Assembly: GCA_951406725.2 (NCBI GenBank)
Contig: OX597821.1
Location: 12,028,001 to 12,092,000, forward strand
DNA length: 64,000 bases
From: Octopus vulgaris
Lineage: Eukaryota
Direction: 5' to 3'
Made by a program: the position numbers and the translations under genes. The stretch's first letter is position 1, and the number at the start of each line of letters is the position of its first letter. The notes under the pieces were generated by a model, which was not told the DNA's origin, searched no databases, and worked only from the letters and a program-made list of their open reading frames with translations. Shown here one piece after another: positions 39,601 to 53,861 of the stretch.

Positions 39601-39604
<4 letters not shown>
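39388..39604 (+). mobile_element. Fold-back element with terminal inverted repeats and degenerate hammerhead-like core motifs
   Basis: ggacgtcacaagcggtgcaaataacatgaaacacgtaaac (from 39388) is the imperfect reverse complement of gtttacgtatttcatgttatttgcactgctggtgccgtcc (to 39604). Internal CTC-GAAA (39498-39504) precedes CAGATGA-GGG (39527-39536). Confidence 0.6.
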
Positions 39605-39648
<44 letters not shown>

Positions 39649-39660
39649 CATATATATATA

Positions 39661-40115
39661 AGAAAGAATTATTTTCGAGATTTTTCTCTTATGAGGTCTT
39701 TCACGCTATCTACCTGATAATTTATTGTTAAGATTCCTTATTAAGAAGTTATCCTTAATTGTTAAATTTATTCCGAAAAAATTTCTCCTAACCGAAATGC
39801 AGTTCGAAGAAGCCCGCCATTTACCGGATATATGATTTGTAAACTTCTCCATGTGCTTCGTTAGAATAGAGCAGTTGGCTGTTCGACTTCGACGGTACTG
39901 GTCGTTTATTTATGATATGTTCAGAATCAGTCTTACTGATGAGCATGGACGCAAATTCTTCTGCGGTGAGTGCGAAATCACAGGTGATATAAGACTAAAT
40001 TCATTTTTTAAATGTCTTGCTTTGAAAAACTGCATTGGGTATGATTAGTAAAATTTTTGGTAGAAATGACTTATGTCCCTCTTAGCGTGAGGCATTTATA
40101 TGTAATAATGCCCTC

Positions 40116-40117
<2 letters not shown>
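39661..40117 (+). mobile_element. Non-coding hammerhead-bearing element (Penelope-like/retrozyme-like) between (TA)n tracts
   Basis: ~455 bp of unique sequence bounded by (TA)n on both sides, carrying the canonical hammerhead at 39929-39996. Confidence 0.6.
39929..39996 (+). ncRNA. Type I hammerhead ribozyme, intact core
   Basis: Stem I AGTCTTA/TAAGACT (7 bp). CTGATGA at 39936-39942. Stem II GCAT/GTGC with inner hairpin CGCA/TGCG. GAAA at 39974-39977. Stem III ATCAC/GTGAT. Cleavage triplet ATA, predicted cut after 39989. Confidence 0.9.
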
Positions 40118-40160
<43 letters not shown>

Positions 40161-40268
40161 CCTGCTCGCTTAGCCAGCGGGGTGGCGTCATTCGAAGGCT
40201 AATACAATGCGAACGCATTGTGACCAGTGATGTGTAACAATATCTGATGGTCTGGTCGGTCACGTGAT

Positions 40269-40358
<90 letters not shown>

Positions 40359-40572
40359 TTCTACGTTTGTTCTTTTGCGTTGGTTCTGAAGTTAAATCAT
40401 CCTGTCTTTTTCTATAACTTGCTTTTAGGAACCATAGTTCTGGTGTTAGTTGTAAAAAGATACCTATGTCATAAGAAGCAGTAATGGATTCAATATGACA
40501 AAAATTCTTCAAAAACTTGTACATCATTATCCTACTGCAATGACTGAAATCAATGAAAGAAAGAAGATTAAT

Positions 40573-40623
<51 letters not shown>

Positions 40624-40761
40624 TATAAGTATGTATGTCTATGTATATATATTTATATATATATATATGCACATTTATATATGTCTTTGTACGTCTATAC
40701 ACATATCCGTATTTAATATATATACTATAATTACATACATTCTATATACATATACGTAGAT

Positions 40762-40796
<35 letters not shown>

Positions 40797-43469
40797 CAAA
40801 TATATATACATATTTATATATGCATATATGGATACATATGTATATACATATATATGTATATATATATGGAGAGAGACACCCATATACACATATATACACT
40901 ATCACTGTCTCTCTCTCTCTCTCTCTCTCTCTCATTGTCTCTCTTTCTCCTGCTCTCTCACGCATGCACACATAAAAACATCAAGATATATAGTATTTCG
41001 TTATGAACATCTTCCAGTCATCTCTGCTCTATGCACCTCACTTGCTCGCTCTTTGCATCGCTCACACATCATACATTACCATTGACTTATTTCACGTACA
41101 GACACCTTACACTTCAACCTCCCTCCTCCTACTTTCTAATACATATCTTCAATCATGGCGACTGGATTTTCTACAAATGCCACTTATCTCTTCATTCTTC
41201 GACATCTACACCATTTTTGACGCATCTTTCTTGAGGAGATTATTTACACATATCCTATGACTAATGTAACATTCACAGAAGCTAAGTGATGGTGATTTTC
41301 TCTAAGCATTCTTTATTCTATGCTTTTCGTTTTTGTCTTGATTTTACATCTATCAAACATGAATTCTGATTCAATTACATACAATACAGTGTAGTTTCCT
41401 TTTATGCAAATGTTGTTGGAACGTAAAGCACACTTGAGATGCGTGTAGTTACCGTAGGACTGGATCTCTGAGATACTGCTACGCTCGGAATCTTTTATAA
41501 ATGTCAGTGTATGTATATGAGCGCTCGTGGATGTCTGTGAACGTGTGTTTCAGATGACGATATTACTTTTGACATTTCATATATCCCATAACGTCTCCGA
41601 GACAAATCATCCGGGCGTCATTTTTAGTGGCTCGGTTAATGAGACCACTGATGTTTCAATCTCTTCTCTCTTCTCTCATTTGGACTCTCCTCCTTTTTAT
41701 CTTATACTCTGTTCATGCACACACATACACATATATGCCAATCTACGAATATGTATGTATGTATGTGTGTCTGTAATTGCGCATAGGGGTATATGAACTC
41801 AGGATTACATACTAATGAAATACTTGTGATTTATAATATGTCCTGAGATGTGATTCACTATTTGATACGTAGTTAGTGATAAACAGTAAAAAAAAATATT
41901 GTTTTTACAAGTGAAATATCCCGCAAGCTTTACTCGGGAGTCACTGAGGCTTCAATAAAGAGTACATCATCTTCTTGCTGCCTGTAATATGCCAGAAGTT
42001 AAACATTGGCTTCAGCAGTGAATATCATACCGAGTCCGAAATTGACTGCATGCAGAATAAGATATAATTCTGCATTTAAGACACAACTTCACATAAGCTT
42101 ACTAATATTCAATAATATAAAGCAATGAGAGCAATCATACATGATGCACCATTGATTTAGTTGGCACACGAAGTAATCCAGTAGCTGCAGCAGATTTATA
42201 TCTTTCGTTTTGTAAGACGTCTAAATGTTTGAAGGTTTATTGGCGACTATCTCATAATGCAAGATGCTGGATTATAGTTTAATCACGATGATTCATTACT
42301 ATTATTTATTAATGATCTACATTGAAATCAGTGAAGTAAGACAGTTTGCGATAAAATTTAAGACAAAGAAGAATGAGAGCTCAAATATGGATGGATATAT
42401 ATTCCCATCGTTAGAGTTGAAGATGGGAATTTCCTGATTCGCACAGCTGTCTCCATCTATCTTCGGCACGAAGAGATTTGGTTCGTCACGAGTTCTCTTC
42501 TCACCCGGTATACTCTAAAAGTCAACTCACGTAGCTTTTCCTCTCTTCAAAGGCACTTACATGCATTGAAAATTTATCCTCGATCCCCACCCAGTTATAT
42601 TCTCGGTAAAGCTCTGTACATACTGTACCTTCTCGTATGCACATATAATACGAATCTTGAAAGATGCCAAAATACTAGTAGTCTTATAGTGCTATGAAGC
42701 CAAAATATTACAAGAAAGTAGTTAGTATTTTGTCAGACTGATCGATTTTCTTTTTCTTTTATTTCCTCGGTTTCTAGCGGGCTCTTTCCCTGGTAGACTG
42801 GGTGAGGCAGCTGATTTGGTCACTGACAACCTGAACATAAAGAGAGGATAAACCGAAATAATTATTTTCAGTAGGAAACATGCGTGACGTGGGAAATGTT
42901 TAGTCGATACATAAAAAATATATAAAGAATATTGAGTAGTGTAGAGCTTGATATTATGCACTCAAGTAAAACAAATATTAACGGTCATTGCTGAATTAAT
43001 TTTGCTGAACAGTGATTAATTTGATCATCTTTGTAATTGTATAAGCTTCATGACATGACCAAGGGCGCAGTGACAATATTAAGAACGAGGTCACCAATCA
43101 ACGATCTACCTTCATGTTTTTCTTAATCTCACTTTGTTCTTTATTAAAAATAAAACAGAAACCAAAATAAGAATCAATAAGGTTAGAGATATTTGGAATT
43201 TTCGAGATATAACTTACTGCCACATTTACCGATAACTAATCAAAGATTGCCAAATAAGAATCAATTAAGAAATATAATTAATTTCCACCTATATAAACTA
43301 TTAGCGAATTTCATTGTTTCAGAGTGTAGGTTGCTTTTATTTTTCCCGACCGTTTGATTATCTTCTTTTATGATATTGATTACTGCTAAATTAATGAAGA
43401 TTAATACTTAAGCAGAAGGAGCGGGTGAAACACTGCGGAAGTGAGCATTTCGATACATTTGATAATATT

Positions 43470-43935
<466 letters not shown>

Positions 43936-44444
43936 TTATGAACATTTGACGAAGTTAACTGATTTTTAATATAACAAAGAATAGAATAACTGGTAAACGT
44001 AAATATGAATGGACCTGAAAGACGATGAAAACATCAAAAGATAATCATTTACAAACGGTAATATAATTAAAACATAATTAATTAAACAAAAACTGTACCA
44101 AGTGCAGTAGTTGAACTGCGGTTAAAGAGGCACCTCAATATATGCTTCTGTGTTTCTATGTATATGATTGGTTGTTTTCTTTGTGCGCATATATGAGTGG
44201 CTATTCAAGTAAGTTTGATTGTATATTTGACTACGAGTGCATTTCTACACGCAGATACACACACACGTATACACACACTCACATAAGCTCAGACACACAC
44301 ACATCAAACCACATGACACAAAGCATTCAGACGCATATATAGGCATGCAGATATAATAAATACATATATGTGTATATACATATATATGAGCTTATGTGTG
44401 TGTGTGTGTATTCATATATACTTATATGTTGTATTATTCTTCTT

Positions 44445-44873
44445 TTATTCTTTTATTTGTTTCAGTCATTTGACTGTGGCGATCAAGGAGTACCGCCTTC
44501 AATCGAGCAAATCGATCGCTGGACTTCTTCTTTGTAAGCCTAGTACTTGTTCAATCGGTCTCTTTTGCCGAGCCGCTAATTTACGAGGACGAAAACACAC
44601 CAGCTTCTGTTGTCAAGCGATGTTGCGGGGGAGGGGAAGGGGGAAGGCCAAACATACACACACACATGGACATACATACCCATACACATACACACACACG
44701 GACAAACGGACACACACACACACAAACACACACGCATATATCTGACGGCCTTCTTTCAGTTTCCGTCTACCAAATCCACAGAAGACACTTGCCGAAGATA
44801 CCGCGCAGTGGGACTGAACCCGAAACCATGTAGTTGGTAAGCAAGCTACTTACCACACAGCCACTCCTGTGCC
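44445..44873 (-). mobile_element. SINE family C
   Basis: 'tgtttcagtcatttgactgtggc...ttttgccgagccgctaa...gtgggactgaacccgaaacc...ttaccacacagccactcctgtgcct'. Confidence 0.9.
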
Positions 44874-44941
44874 TATATATCTATAAAGAAATAGATAGAG
44901 GAATATATTAAAGCGAATACTAGTAGAATGATCGATAGATA

Positions 44942-45828
44942 CGCGGTGTAGTAAAAAATTATCCAATCTTGACTTTTTCTTGCTCAAAATACTAAAGCTT
45001 GATCAAAATCCACATGGCTATTAGGTGTCCGCATCCTTCCTGAGCATGCCGAAACGTTATCGTGTTTGTAGGTTGCACCATTCTCCCGCAGTGACGCGTT
45101 GAGTAGAGACGGGAAGAGTGTGCTGTGCGATTTTTCATTTTGAGAGATGACCGAGCGCATTCAGCAAAGATATTATATCAAATTCTGTCAAAAACTTGGG
45201 GATTCGGAAACCCGGATTATCGAGAAGATTCAAAAGGCCCTTCGAGATGATGCCATGAGAAAAAGCAAGTTAAAAAGATTGGTACAACTGATTCAAAGGT
45301 GGCCGCACCTCAATGGGCAGTGAGCAACGTTGTGGCAGATCATCGATTAGTAGAAACGACGAAATGTTTGCAAAGGTTCTTCGTCGTCTGCGTGAAGCTG
45401 TGCTGCGAAAATGACCCGACCTATGGGTAGCAAATAATTGACAACGTATCCGCTCGTGCCGCCCATCTCATACAAGCATTCCTCGTCAAGCATACCCACA
45501 CCGCTTGCTCGTCAGGATTCCTAATGCCAAGACTTGGCTCCATGTAATATTTGGGTATTTCCAGAGCTCAGGAAAAAGGAAGAAAAATACTCAAAAGAAG
45601 ATTTAAGAAGAAAGGACATTCAGAAAAATTCGATCACACAGTTCTGCACCCTCTCAGAAAGTGATTGCTAGAAATGTCTGCGGCAGTGCCGGGAACGCTG
45701 ACAAAAGTGTGAAGATTCTCAAGGCGAAAAGTTCGAAGGAGACTAAAGAAAAATAGGGAGATTTTAATATTATTTTAATATCACCTGTTTATTTGACCAA
45801 TGGTCGGATACTTTTTAACCACACCTCA
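44942..45828 (+). mobile_element. Internally deleted, degenerate mariner (irritans-like)
   Basis: TA-flanked imperfect TIRs cgcggtgtagtaaaaaattatcc / ggatactttttaaccacacctca. Remnants MTERIQQRYYIKFCQKLGD, FKGGRTSMGSEQRCGRSS and LRRLREAVLRK*PDLW. Confidence 0.85.
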
Positions 45829-46512
45829 TACATAAAAAAATTATTTGAAAATTTATATATAAATTTCGTAGCCTCCAGCGTGAACTACGTCAAGAACAAA
45901 AATAAAATTCACATATTTGTTCATCCATCCATCCATCTATACATCCATCAACACATCAACCCATCCATACACTCATGCATACATTCATGCATACATACAT
46001 ACGTATATACATACGTAATATACATACATACAGACGTACATACGTACATTCAGTACACGTCACGTCATATGCATTTATTTGTTCGCTGGTCTGAACTACT
46101 TGTTAAAATAATTAGTAAGAATTAGAATACTATGGAACATGACCGCTGAGATTTCATAACTATCTGAGTACGCATTATTCAATGATTTATTGAAACAATC
46201 CATCCGACCACATTTCCACCTGTCAGACTTACAAAACTGAGAATGAATCGCTTATGTGGCAAAAATAACTTATTAAAGATGCAAATCAGTGTTATCAGAC
46301 ACATAATTTTATTATTACAGAAGGAACTGCTTGAACACTGAAGATTTTTATGTACCAACAAATGATTGATTGCCTCTTTATCTATAAGTATATCTATATC
46401 TATACAAATAACGATACATTCGACCATGCTCAAATACATACATATACATGCACTCAGATACCATGTAGGCACACACAACTGCATACATATAAGTGCAGAA
46501 ATGTATAATGTA

Positions 46513-46606
<94 letters not shown>

Positions 46607-46704
46607 CATGTACACACACTCATGCACAAATATACATTTACAGACGTTTGTATATGCACATATATTTATATTTATGCAAGTACATGCACGCATATATACA
46701 TTTG

Positions 46705-46765
<61 letters not shown>

Positions 46766-46833
46766 GCATGTATGTATGCGTGTGTGTATTTGCGTATATG
46801 TGTGTATCTATCTATCCGTCTCTCTCTCTCTCT

Positions 46834-46890
<57 letters not shown>

Positions 46891-49545
46891 ACCTCTAACG
46901 ATATATTTTTCAGGTGTGTATACATATGTATTTATATATTTTATTTGTGTTTGTGTATTCGTGTGTATATACTTGTAAGTACGTATGTTGTTCTGCCTGT
47001 TCATAAAACCTGTACGATTCTGTGAACAAATTATCAGTTAACCAATGCCAGTTTATATCTGATCTCTCACACAAGCTAAAAGATTACTGTTCCCTATTGG
47101 CTTTCAACCGCGCTATTTAGTGGCAAAGGACCAATATGTTAATTCCAAAAGCAAAACAACTAATAACAAAATAGAATAAAACAACAAAAATATGATGTTA
47201 AAAAAAAAAGAACCCTCTAAAAGGAAATTTTGGTAGCGGATATGGAAAATATTTTTCAATGGTTAATTACCGTTAATGTCTCTGGCAATATTTTGCTTTG
47301 ATTTCATTCACATGTTAATACAGATGGCGGTAGACTGAGAAATAATCTAATAAATGTACTGTAGTTTTGTTTGATTCTAGTAGATCTTTTGGTTAACGAT
47401 TTTCTTTTATTTTCTGCAGTTTCTATAATCATTCACATCACACAAACAGTCACATACAGATATACACGCATATCTTACCACAGAGACTCAGAAATACATA
47501 CCTATGTGTTATCTGCACCTACCTGCATCTGCGTTTACTTAATGCCTGGCATTATCGTTTATAGTTCATCTAAAACCATGTGTTGTTGTTCTTATTTGCT
47601 TATTTCAAAGAACCTCTGGACATATCGATTTGGTGTATATACACGTGAATATTAACTGATGAAATATTGGATGCAGAATTTCATATTGCGAGTGTGTGTT
47701 GATTACTTCCTATCTACGTATCTAACAATCTCATCATCTACATATCTGCCTACGTATCTTTCAGTGTATTCCTCTATATATCTACCAATATATTTATCAA
47801 ACTAACAATCAACATATCGATCCATATATCTTTCAATCTAACAGCCTACATATCTGCTTATGTAAGTATGAATATATCCATCTCTTTCTACCTATCTATG
47901 TATCTGTCAATCCATCCATGTGCAAGCTTTATCTATGAATCTGTGTACTTGATTAACAATTGCTTAACGACTATTTAATACCTAACTATCAACACGCACC
48001 CACACACATTCTCTCTCTCACATAATGTGTACCTACCTATTTATCACGCGTGTGTGGTGTTTATGTATGGATCTCGCCTCCTTTTCTCTCTTTCTCTTTT
48101 ACGAACTTTGAAGATGAAATTATGGCTTCTTTCATCACCACTGTATTCTTTGAGTTCTGCAAAATTACATTATCTGTAACCTCCCTATTGACATAACAAG
48201 GCTTGGTAATCTATCGCAACGTTATCGCCACTAATATAAAAAAAGGGCAGAGCGTACGCCATTATAAAAGCCTAAATCATCGCGCCTAATTAGCTTAGAA
48301 TCTCCTTTCACATGAAACAAAGGATTATTGTTACGTAACTAAGAATCTTCCTGAAGTAAAACATTTAAAACCAACTTCTGAGCTAGTTAACATCGTTTTC
48401 ACTAGCACTGAATTGAATTATATGCGTCAATTGAAAATTTCAATGAGTAAAAGTGGACAAAGTAATATAGTTAAATATATGTGTGTGTTATAGTAAATTG
48501 AAGCAGAAATTAATTTCTTTTAAGCAAGAATTATGCTTCGTTTTACTTATGTGTCTATATCTATTTCAAATGTCACAGATTAAGACAAACCATCATATAA
48601 CCATATGTGGAAACATTTTAGCATTTAAGAAGATACGTTATTGATACTGAATATTCTTTTCTGGCTTAGAAATCTTGGTTGCTGACTATTTAAATGGGAT
48701 TCAGTTGCATCAGATAATTCAGAATATAATGGAAGGAAAGTAATTTTTAACAGATAGCTGTGTTAAATAATCGGGAATTTATTAATGGCATAATTGGCTA
48801 GTGTGTCTTTGCTTGGACGAACAATATTAAAATACAACAAAGAGAATGATAATCTTTATACATATAAAGTTTCTAGAATTATTCCAACAGATACACAGTT
48901 ATATATACATACATGCATACACACACACATGCTTATGGATTTGTACGTATGCGGATGTAAATATGTCTGTGAACAATTGTTTCCGTTCAGCTCTCATAAC
49001 CAATCATTCTGACATAATAAATAACAATGGAATTCATAGATTTTTAAAAAGTTTACGGTTGCTAACTTGAAAGTTTAAGATCTTTCAAGACTATAACCTG
49101 GTGTGGCTGCAGTTCAATGAGTGAAATCTGGCGTTGCTGTTTGGCTTCTACAAACTACCTTGCCCGTATTTCTGCAAGGTGGCGAACTTACTAAATGGAA
49201 ACCCATGGGCATTCGTGACCGAAAGGGTCTTTACTCTATATATGTGTGTGTCTGCCAGTGCATGTTCACGCGTGCGTTTGCACATATATGCCATATATAT
49301 ATTATATAAGAGTACATCTTAGTACACATTGTTTAAAAACGAACGAGGGTTTAATGACAAGTTCTTGATTTTATGCAACATCTCAACTTCTCAGACTTAC
49401 ACACTTATTTCAGAGGTCCTTCAGCTTTTCTAAGCATTGTAAAAGAACTCGGAAGCTTGAGATTCCATCCAGCCAATTCGCGCAAATCTTAAAGCGAGAA
49501 AATTTTTCGAGACCCCTTTATACATAAGCATGCATATACATATGC

Positions 49546-49576
<31 letters not shown>

Positions 49577-49607
49577 ATTATATATATATATATATATATA
49601 TACATAT

Positions 49608-49720
<113 letters not shown>

Positions 49721-49729
49721 TGTGTATAT

Positions 49730-49784
<55 letters not shown>

Positions 49785-49787
<3 letters not shown>

Positions 49788-50164
49788 GGTGATTCAAAAG
49801 TATCCATACATAGGAAAAATATATAATATATGTTTTGTTTATAAGAAACGTTTTACAAGATCCCCTAGATCCCCTGATCTGTCCCCTCTTGATTTCTATC
49901 TTTGGGGGCACTTGAAAGTCATAGTACATCGCAGAAAGATAAAAGACATAAATCATTTGAAAGAACACATCACCAACTCATTTGCACATGTATTACCAGA
50001 TGTGCTATTATAAGTTCACAATCAAGTAGGGTAAACGTGTTCCAATGTGTATTCAAAACAATGGTCACCGTATAGTGCCTGTTAAAGAAAAAAACTGTTC
50101 TATTAAACTGTTTCTTATAAAAAGATAAATTATTCCTATGTATGGCGACTTTTGAATCACCCTG
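49785..50164 (+). mobile_element. Tc1/mariner-superfamily deletion derivative (rosa/maT-like) in (TA)n
   Basis: TIRs catggtgattcaaaagtatccatacataggaa / ttcctatgtatggcgacttttgaatcaccctg, flanked by TA. Internal remnant [18 protein letters not shown]. Confidence 0.88.
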
Positions 50165-50202
50165 TATATATATATACATATATATATGTATATATATATA
50201 TA

Positions 50203-50610
50203 CTCTTTACTCTTTTACTTGTTTCAGTCATTTGACTGCGGCCATGCTGGAGCACCGCCTTTAGTCGAGCGAATCGACCCCAAGACTTATTCTAAGTAAG
50301 CCCAGTACTTATACTATCGGTCTCTTTTGCCGAACCGCTAAGTGACGGGGACGTAAACACACCAGCATCGGTTGTCAAGCAATGCTAGGGGGACAAATAC
50401 AGACAGACAGACACACAACACACACATACATATATATACATATACACGACAGGCTTCTTTCAGTTTCCTTCTACCAAATCCACTCACAAGGCATTGGTCG
50501 GCCCGGGGCTATAGCAGAAGACACTTGCCCAAGATGCCACGCAGTGGGACTGAACCCGGAACCATGTCGTTGGTTAGCAAGCTACTTACCACACAGCCAC
50601 CCCTGTGCCT
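50203..50610 (-). mobile_element. SINE family C, best-preserved copy
   Basis: Complete head (A-box 'gtggctgtgtggtaag', B-box 'ggttcagtccc'), internal (TA/TG)n, and a tail ending in short tandem 'gtaaaaga' repeats. Confidence 0.92.
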
Positions 50611-50672
50611 ACATATATATATAAACACACGCACACATACACACATACACACACACATACACACACACACAT

Positions 50673-50719
<47 letters not shown>

Positions 50720-51372
50720 TCTATTTACTCAAACACACACATATGTAGATGCATATCTGTGTGTGTGTGTGTGTGTGCGCGCGGCGTGTGTGAGTGCAGT
50801 GAGAGAGATATCGATAGACTGACTGATACATGGATATATCGATATATAAATTGATAAATAGATTGACAAACAGGTAGACACAGATATACATCGAAATGAA
50901 TACATAGAATGTTAGTTATGACAAAACTGAGGCAAATTCCGTTTCCCAATCCTGATCAAGCAGCAGATAGTAAAATAAATAAATAAGTCACCATCCGTCT
51001 ATCTTTTCTACTCATCTGCCTCATACTCCTGAAATTCTCCAACGTTCAGGTCACAATTTATCATATCACCTTATCTACTTCATCTCATCTAATCATGTGG
51101 CGTTAGTCCGTATTCCATCTTGTTGGTAGCGTAAATTTAACCCTTTATATCATCATACTCATCATCATACTCATCGTTATGATCATCATCATCATTATCA
51201 TCATTATCATCATTATCATCATTATCATCATCTTTAGTATATAATTGTTCAAAATTTGTTAGTTTCAGGCAAACTTCCAAAGGATTTATGCCTACAAGAG
51301 AAAGGATTATTATTATTATTGTTGTTGTTTTTACTGTTGTTGTTGTTACTGTTGTTGTTGTTGTTGTTGTTG

Positions 51373-51446
<74 letters not shown>

Positions 51447-52004
51447 GAGTGAGAGAGCAGTTTATGCCATCAAATTGACACTGGGGTAAAATATACGAAG
51501 CCCAATATACACATCATGACTACCCGTCTGATAAAGGTACACCAGGCACATGCATCACAACCATATGTGCGCGACATTGTGATCTCATATCAAGATAAAC
51601 AGCACATGACCTTGCAGGTGGGGCCCAGTTAGAATTTTCTTCTGGTTGAGTAGCCCATCCTGCTCAAAAGGTCCCCGAATAAGGGTTGTTTAAGGATGTT
51701 GAAAGAACCACCCATGTTTCCAGAGGTGAACTATTCAAACCCCAAAGAATCCCTCTCAACACATGGCTATGATACGCCCCCACTACTTCTGCTCGTAATC
51801 AGAGATGCACATATCGTCAGCCACTAAGAGACATGCTCAACTGGTTAAGGTCAAACAACTGACAAGCAAATCTGTGGTATTGAGCAGAATATTTGCTGTA
51901 GCCCATCTTTTATACCAAGACAAAACAATGTACATGATAACACTTCCAATCAGTTAAGATCAGAAGCCATGAGAACCACTGCCTGATACTGCATCAGGGC
52001 ATTT
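51447..52004 (-). mobile_element. Complete non-autonomous element E (~557 bp) embedded in (TAA)n
   Basis: Flanked on both sides by (ATT)n. 51610-52004 matches 23449-23843. No credible ORF and no tRNA A/B boxes seen. Confidence 0.8.
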
Positions 52005-52008
52005 ATTA

Positions 52009-52148
<140 letters not shown>

Positions 52149-52149
52149 T

Positions 52150-52970
52150 CAGGTGTTCTTGTAAATCCTGAAGTCTTGCATGCATGTTATCTGTTCTTTT
52201 TAACTATCGAATACTTTCATGAATATTCTGTCCTTGCCAAGGAGGCAAAACTTTTGCATCAGCTCTCCTATGCACTCTATTCTGATTTCCGTTATATACC
52301 ACTTGACGCCTTCTGAGATTGACTCCAAGGACCCAACAATAATTGGCACTGACTTCTCTTGTCTCATTTTCCATAGCTGGGCTATTTCATATTTAAGAGA
52401 ATTGCATATATTGACTTTTCCGCCTTCTTTCTTAACTATTCGTGGGTCGAAGGGACTCCAAACATCAACTATATTAGCAACTATAAAGGCGGCGAGCTGG
52501 CAGAAACGTTAGCACGCCGGGCGAAATGCGTAGCCGTATTTCGTCTGCCATTACGTCCTGAGTTCAAATTCCGCCGAGGTCGACTTTGCCTTTCATCCTT
52601 TCGGGGTCGATAAATAAAGTACCAGTTTCGCACTGGGGTCGATGTAAACCACTTAATCCGTTTGTCTGCCCTTGTTTGTCCCTTCTATGTTTAGCTCCTT
52701 GTGGGCAGTAAAGAAATATATATTAGCACGTGTTACATCTTGTATACCACCGCTAGGTCTGGATGGTTATTCTCTAGAACTTGATATGTTTGCATTGAGG
52801 GATCCCACAGGATTTTTCAAGTCTCCAACTCGGCCAATCTCTACGCTTTGTTCTCATACGACATCTAACATCACTCTAACACCTACTTTTCGCAGTTTTC
52901 AGTGTAGCGCTTTCACTACCTCATCATGTTACCGTAATTGTAGTGGTTTTGGGCAAGATTATTTCATAAT
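52150..52970 (-). mobile_element. Old R4/Dong-like RLE retrotransposon 3' remnant, interrupted by a family A SINE
   Basis: Minus-strand remnants HDEVVKALH, KILWDPSMQTYQVLENNHPDLAVV, IVDVWSPFDPRIVKKE, LKYEIAQLWKM, VPIIVGSL and MQKFCLLG. The 3' end runs into (TAA)n. Confidence 0.8.
52484..52718 (+). mobile_element. SINE family A, full length
   Basis: Head ggcggcgagctggcagaaacgttagc, B-box gagttcaaattcc, core gcctttcatcctttcggggtcgataaa. 10-bp TSD tatattagca (52470-52479 / 52719-52728). Confidence 0.93.
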
Positions 52971-53634
52971 AATTCAGCTTGTCATTGCGTTACTTAGCCC
53001 GTCTATAACGATTTCACATGATTAGAGAAGAGAGAGAGAAAGAAAGGAGGGAGAGAAAAATAGATAGAGGGAATAAAAGGGAGAGGAAAAGTGGGATAGA
53101 GAAGCGTCCATGACGTGCGGTAGAGGGAATGTAATTGTGATGCTTTCACGTGATTAGTTCAAAGGAAAGAGAGGAGAAAGAAAAAGGAGAGAGAAAAAGA
53201 AGATAAAGCGTGACGTTAAAGAGACGGAAGGAGGAAGAAAAAGAGAGAGAAACGTTCATGACTTGAAGGAGGTGACACAATATTTATTACGTGATTAAAA
53301 AAAGTTAGTAGACGGTACAAGAGGAGTTAAAAGCTATAATATTAGCAGAGAGGTGATGTTCCTATGGTAACGTTAAAGACGGAGAGATAGAGAGCAGGGA
53401 GAGAGAGGAATGAAAGAGAAAAGGGAGTGAGGTGGAGGAAGATGTGATGATAGCGATGGTGGTGGTGGTGGTGGTGGTGATGCGGGTGGTCGAATGTCGG
53501 TGTTGGTGATGATGGCGATGGAGGTGGTGGCGGGGATTGCATTGTGAAAAGTGTATTTAGTTTTTAAAATTAAGTAAGGTTTTTATATCACCAATAACAA
53601 CAATAATAATGATAATGATAATGATAATAAGTAA

Positions 53635-53760
53635 ATAAGTGAAATCCCTTGAAATTTGAAACGGTTAGAATTTGTTGCATCCCAATAGTAATGGACGTGC
53701 CTATAATAACAGGATCGACGGGAACAATAAGCAAAGTTATAGACCAAGTTTTCAACAAAC
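53635..53760 (+). mobile_element. Possible short R4/Dong-like endonuclease remnant
   Basis: Translation SLKFETVRIC...VPIITGSTGTISK resembles LKYEIAQLW...VPIIVGSL in the other two copies. Preceded by (TAA/TGA)n. Confidence 0.4.
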
Positions 53761-53800
53761 CCGCGTATATATATGTATACAATATATACAGATATATACA

Positions 53801-53861
<61 letters not shown>

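Noticed and set aside
51715-51830. Hammerhead or HDV-like fold in element E (CTGACGA ... GAAACATGG on the minus strand)
   Set aside because: Stem II does not pair and the site would be UG; the attempted HDV fold lacks a proper L3 and P2.
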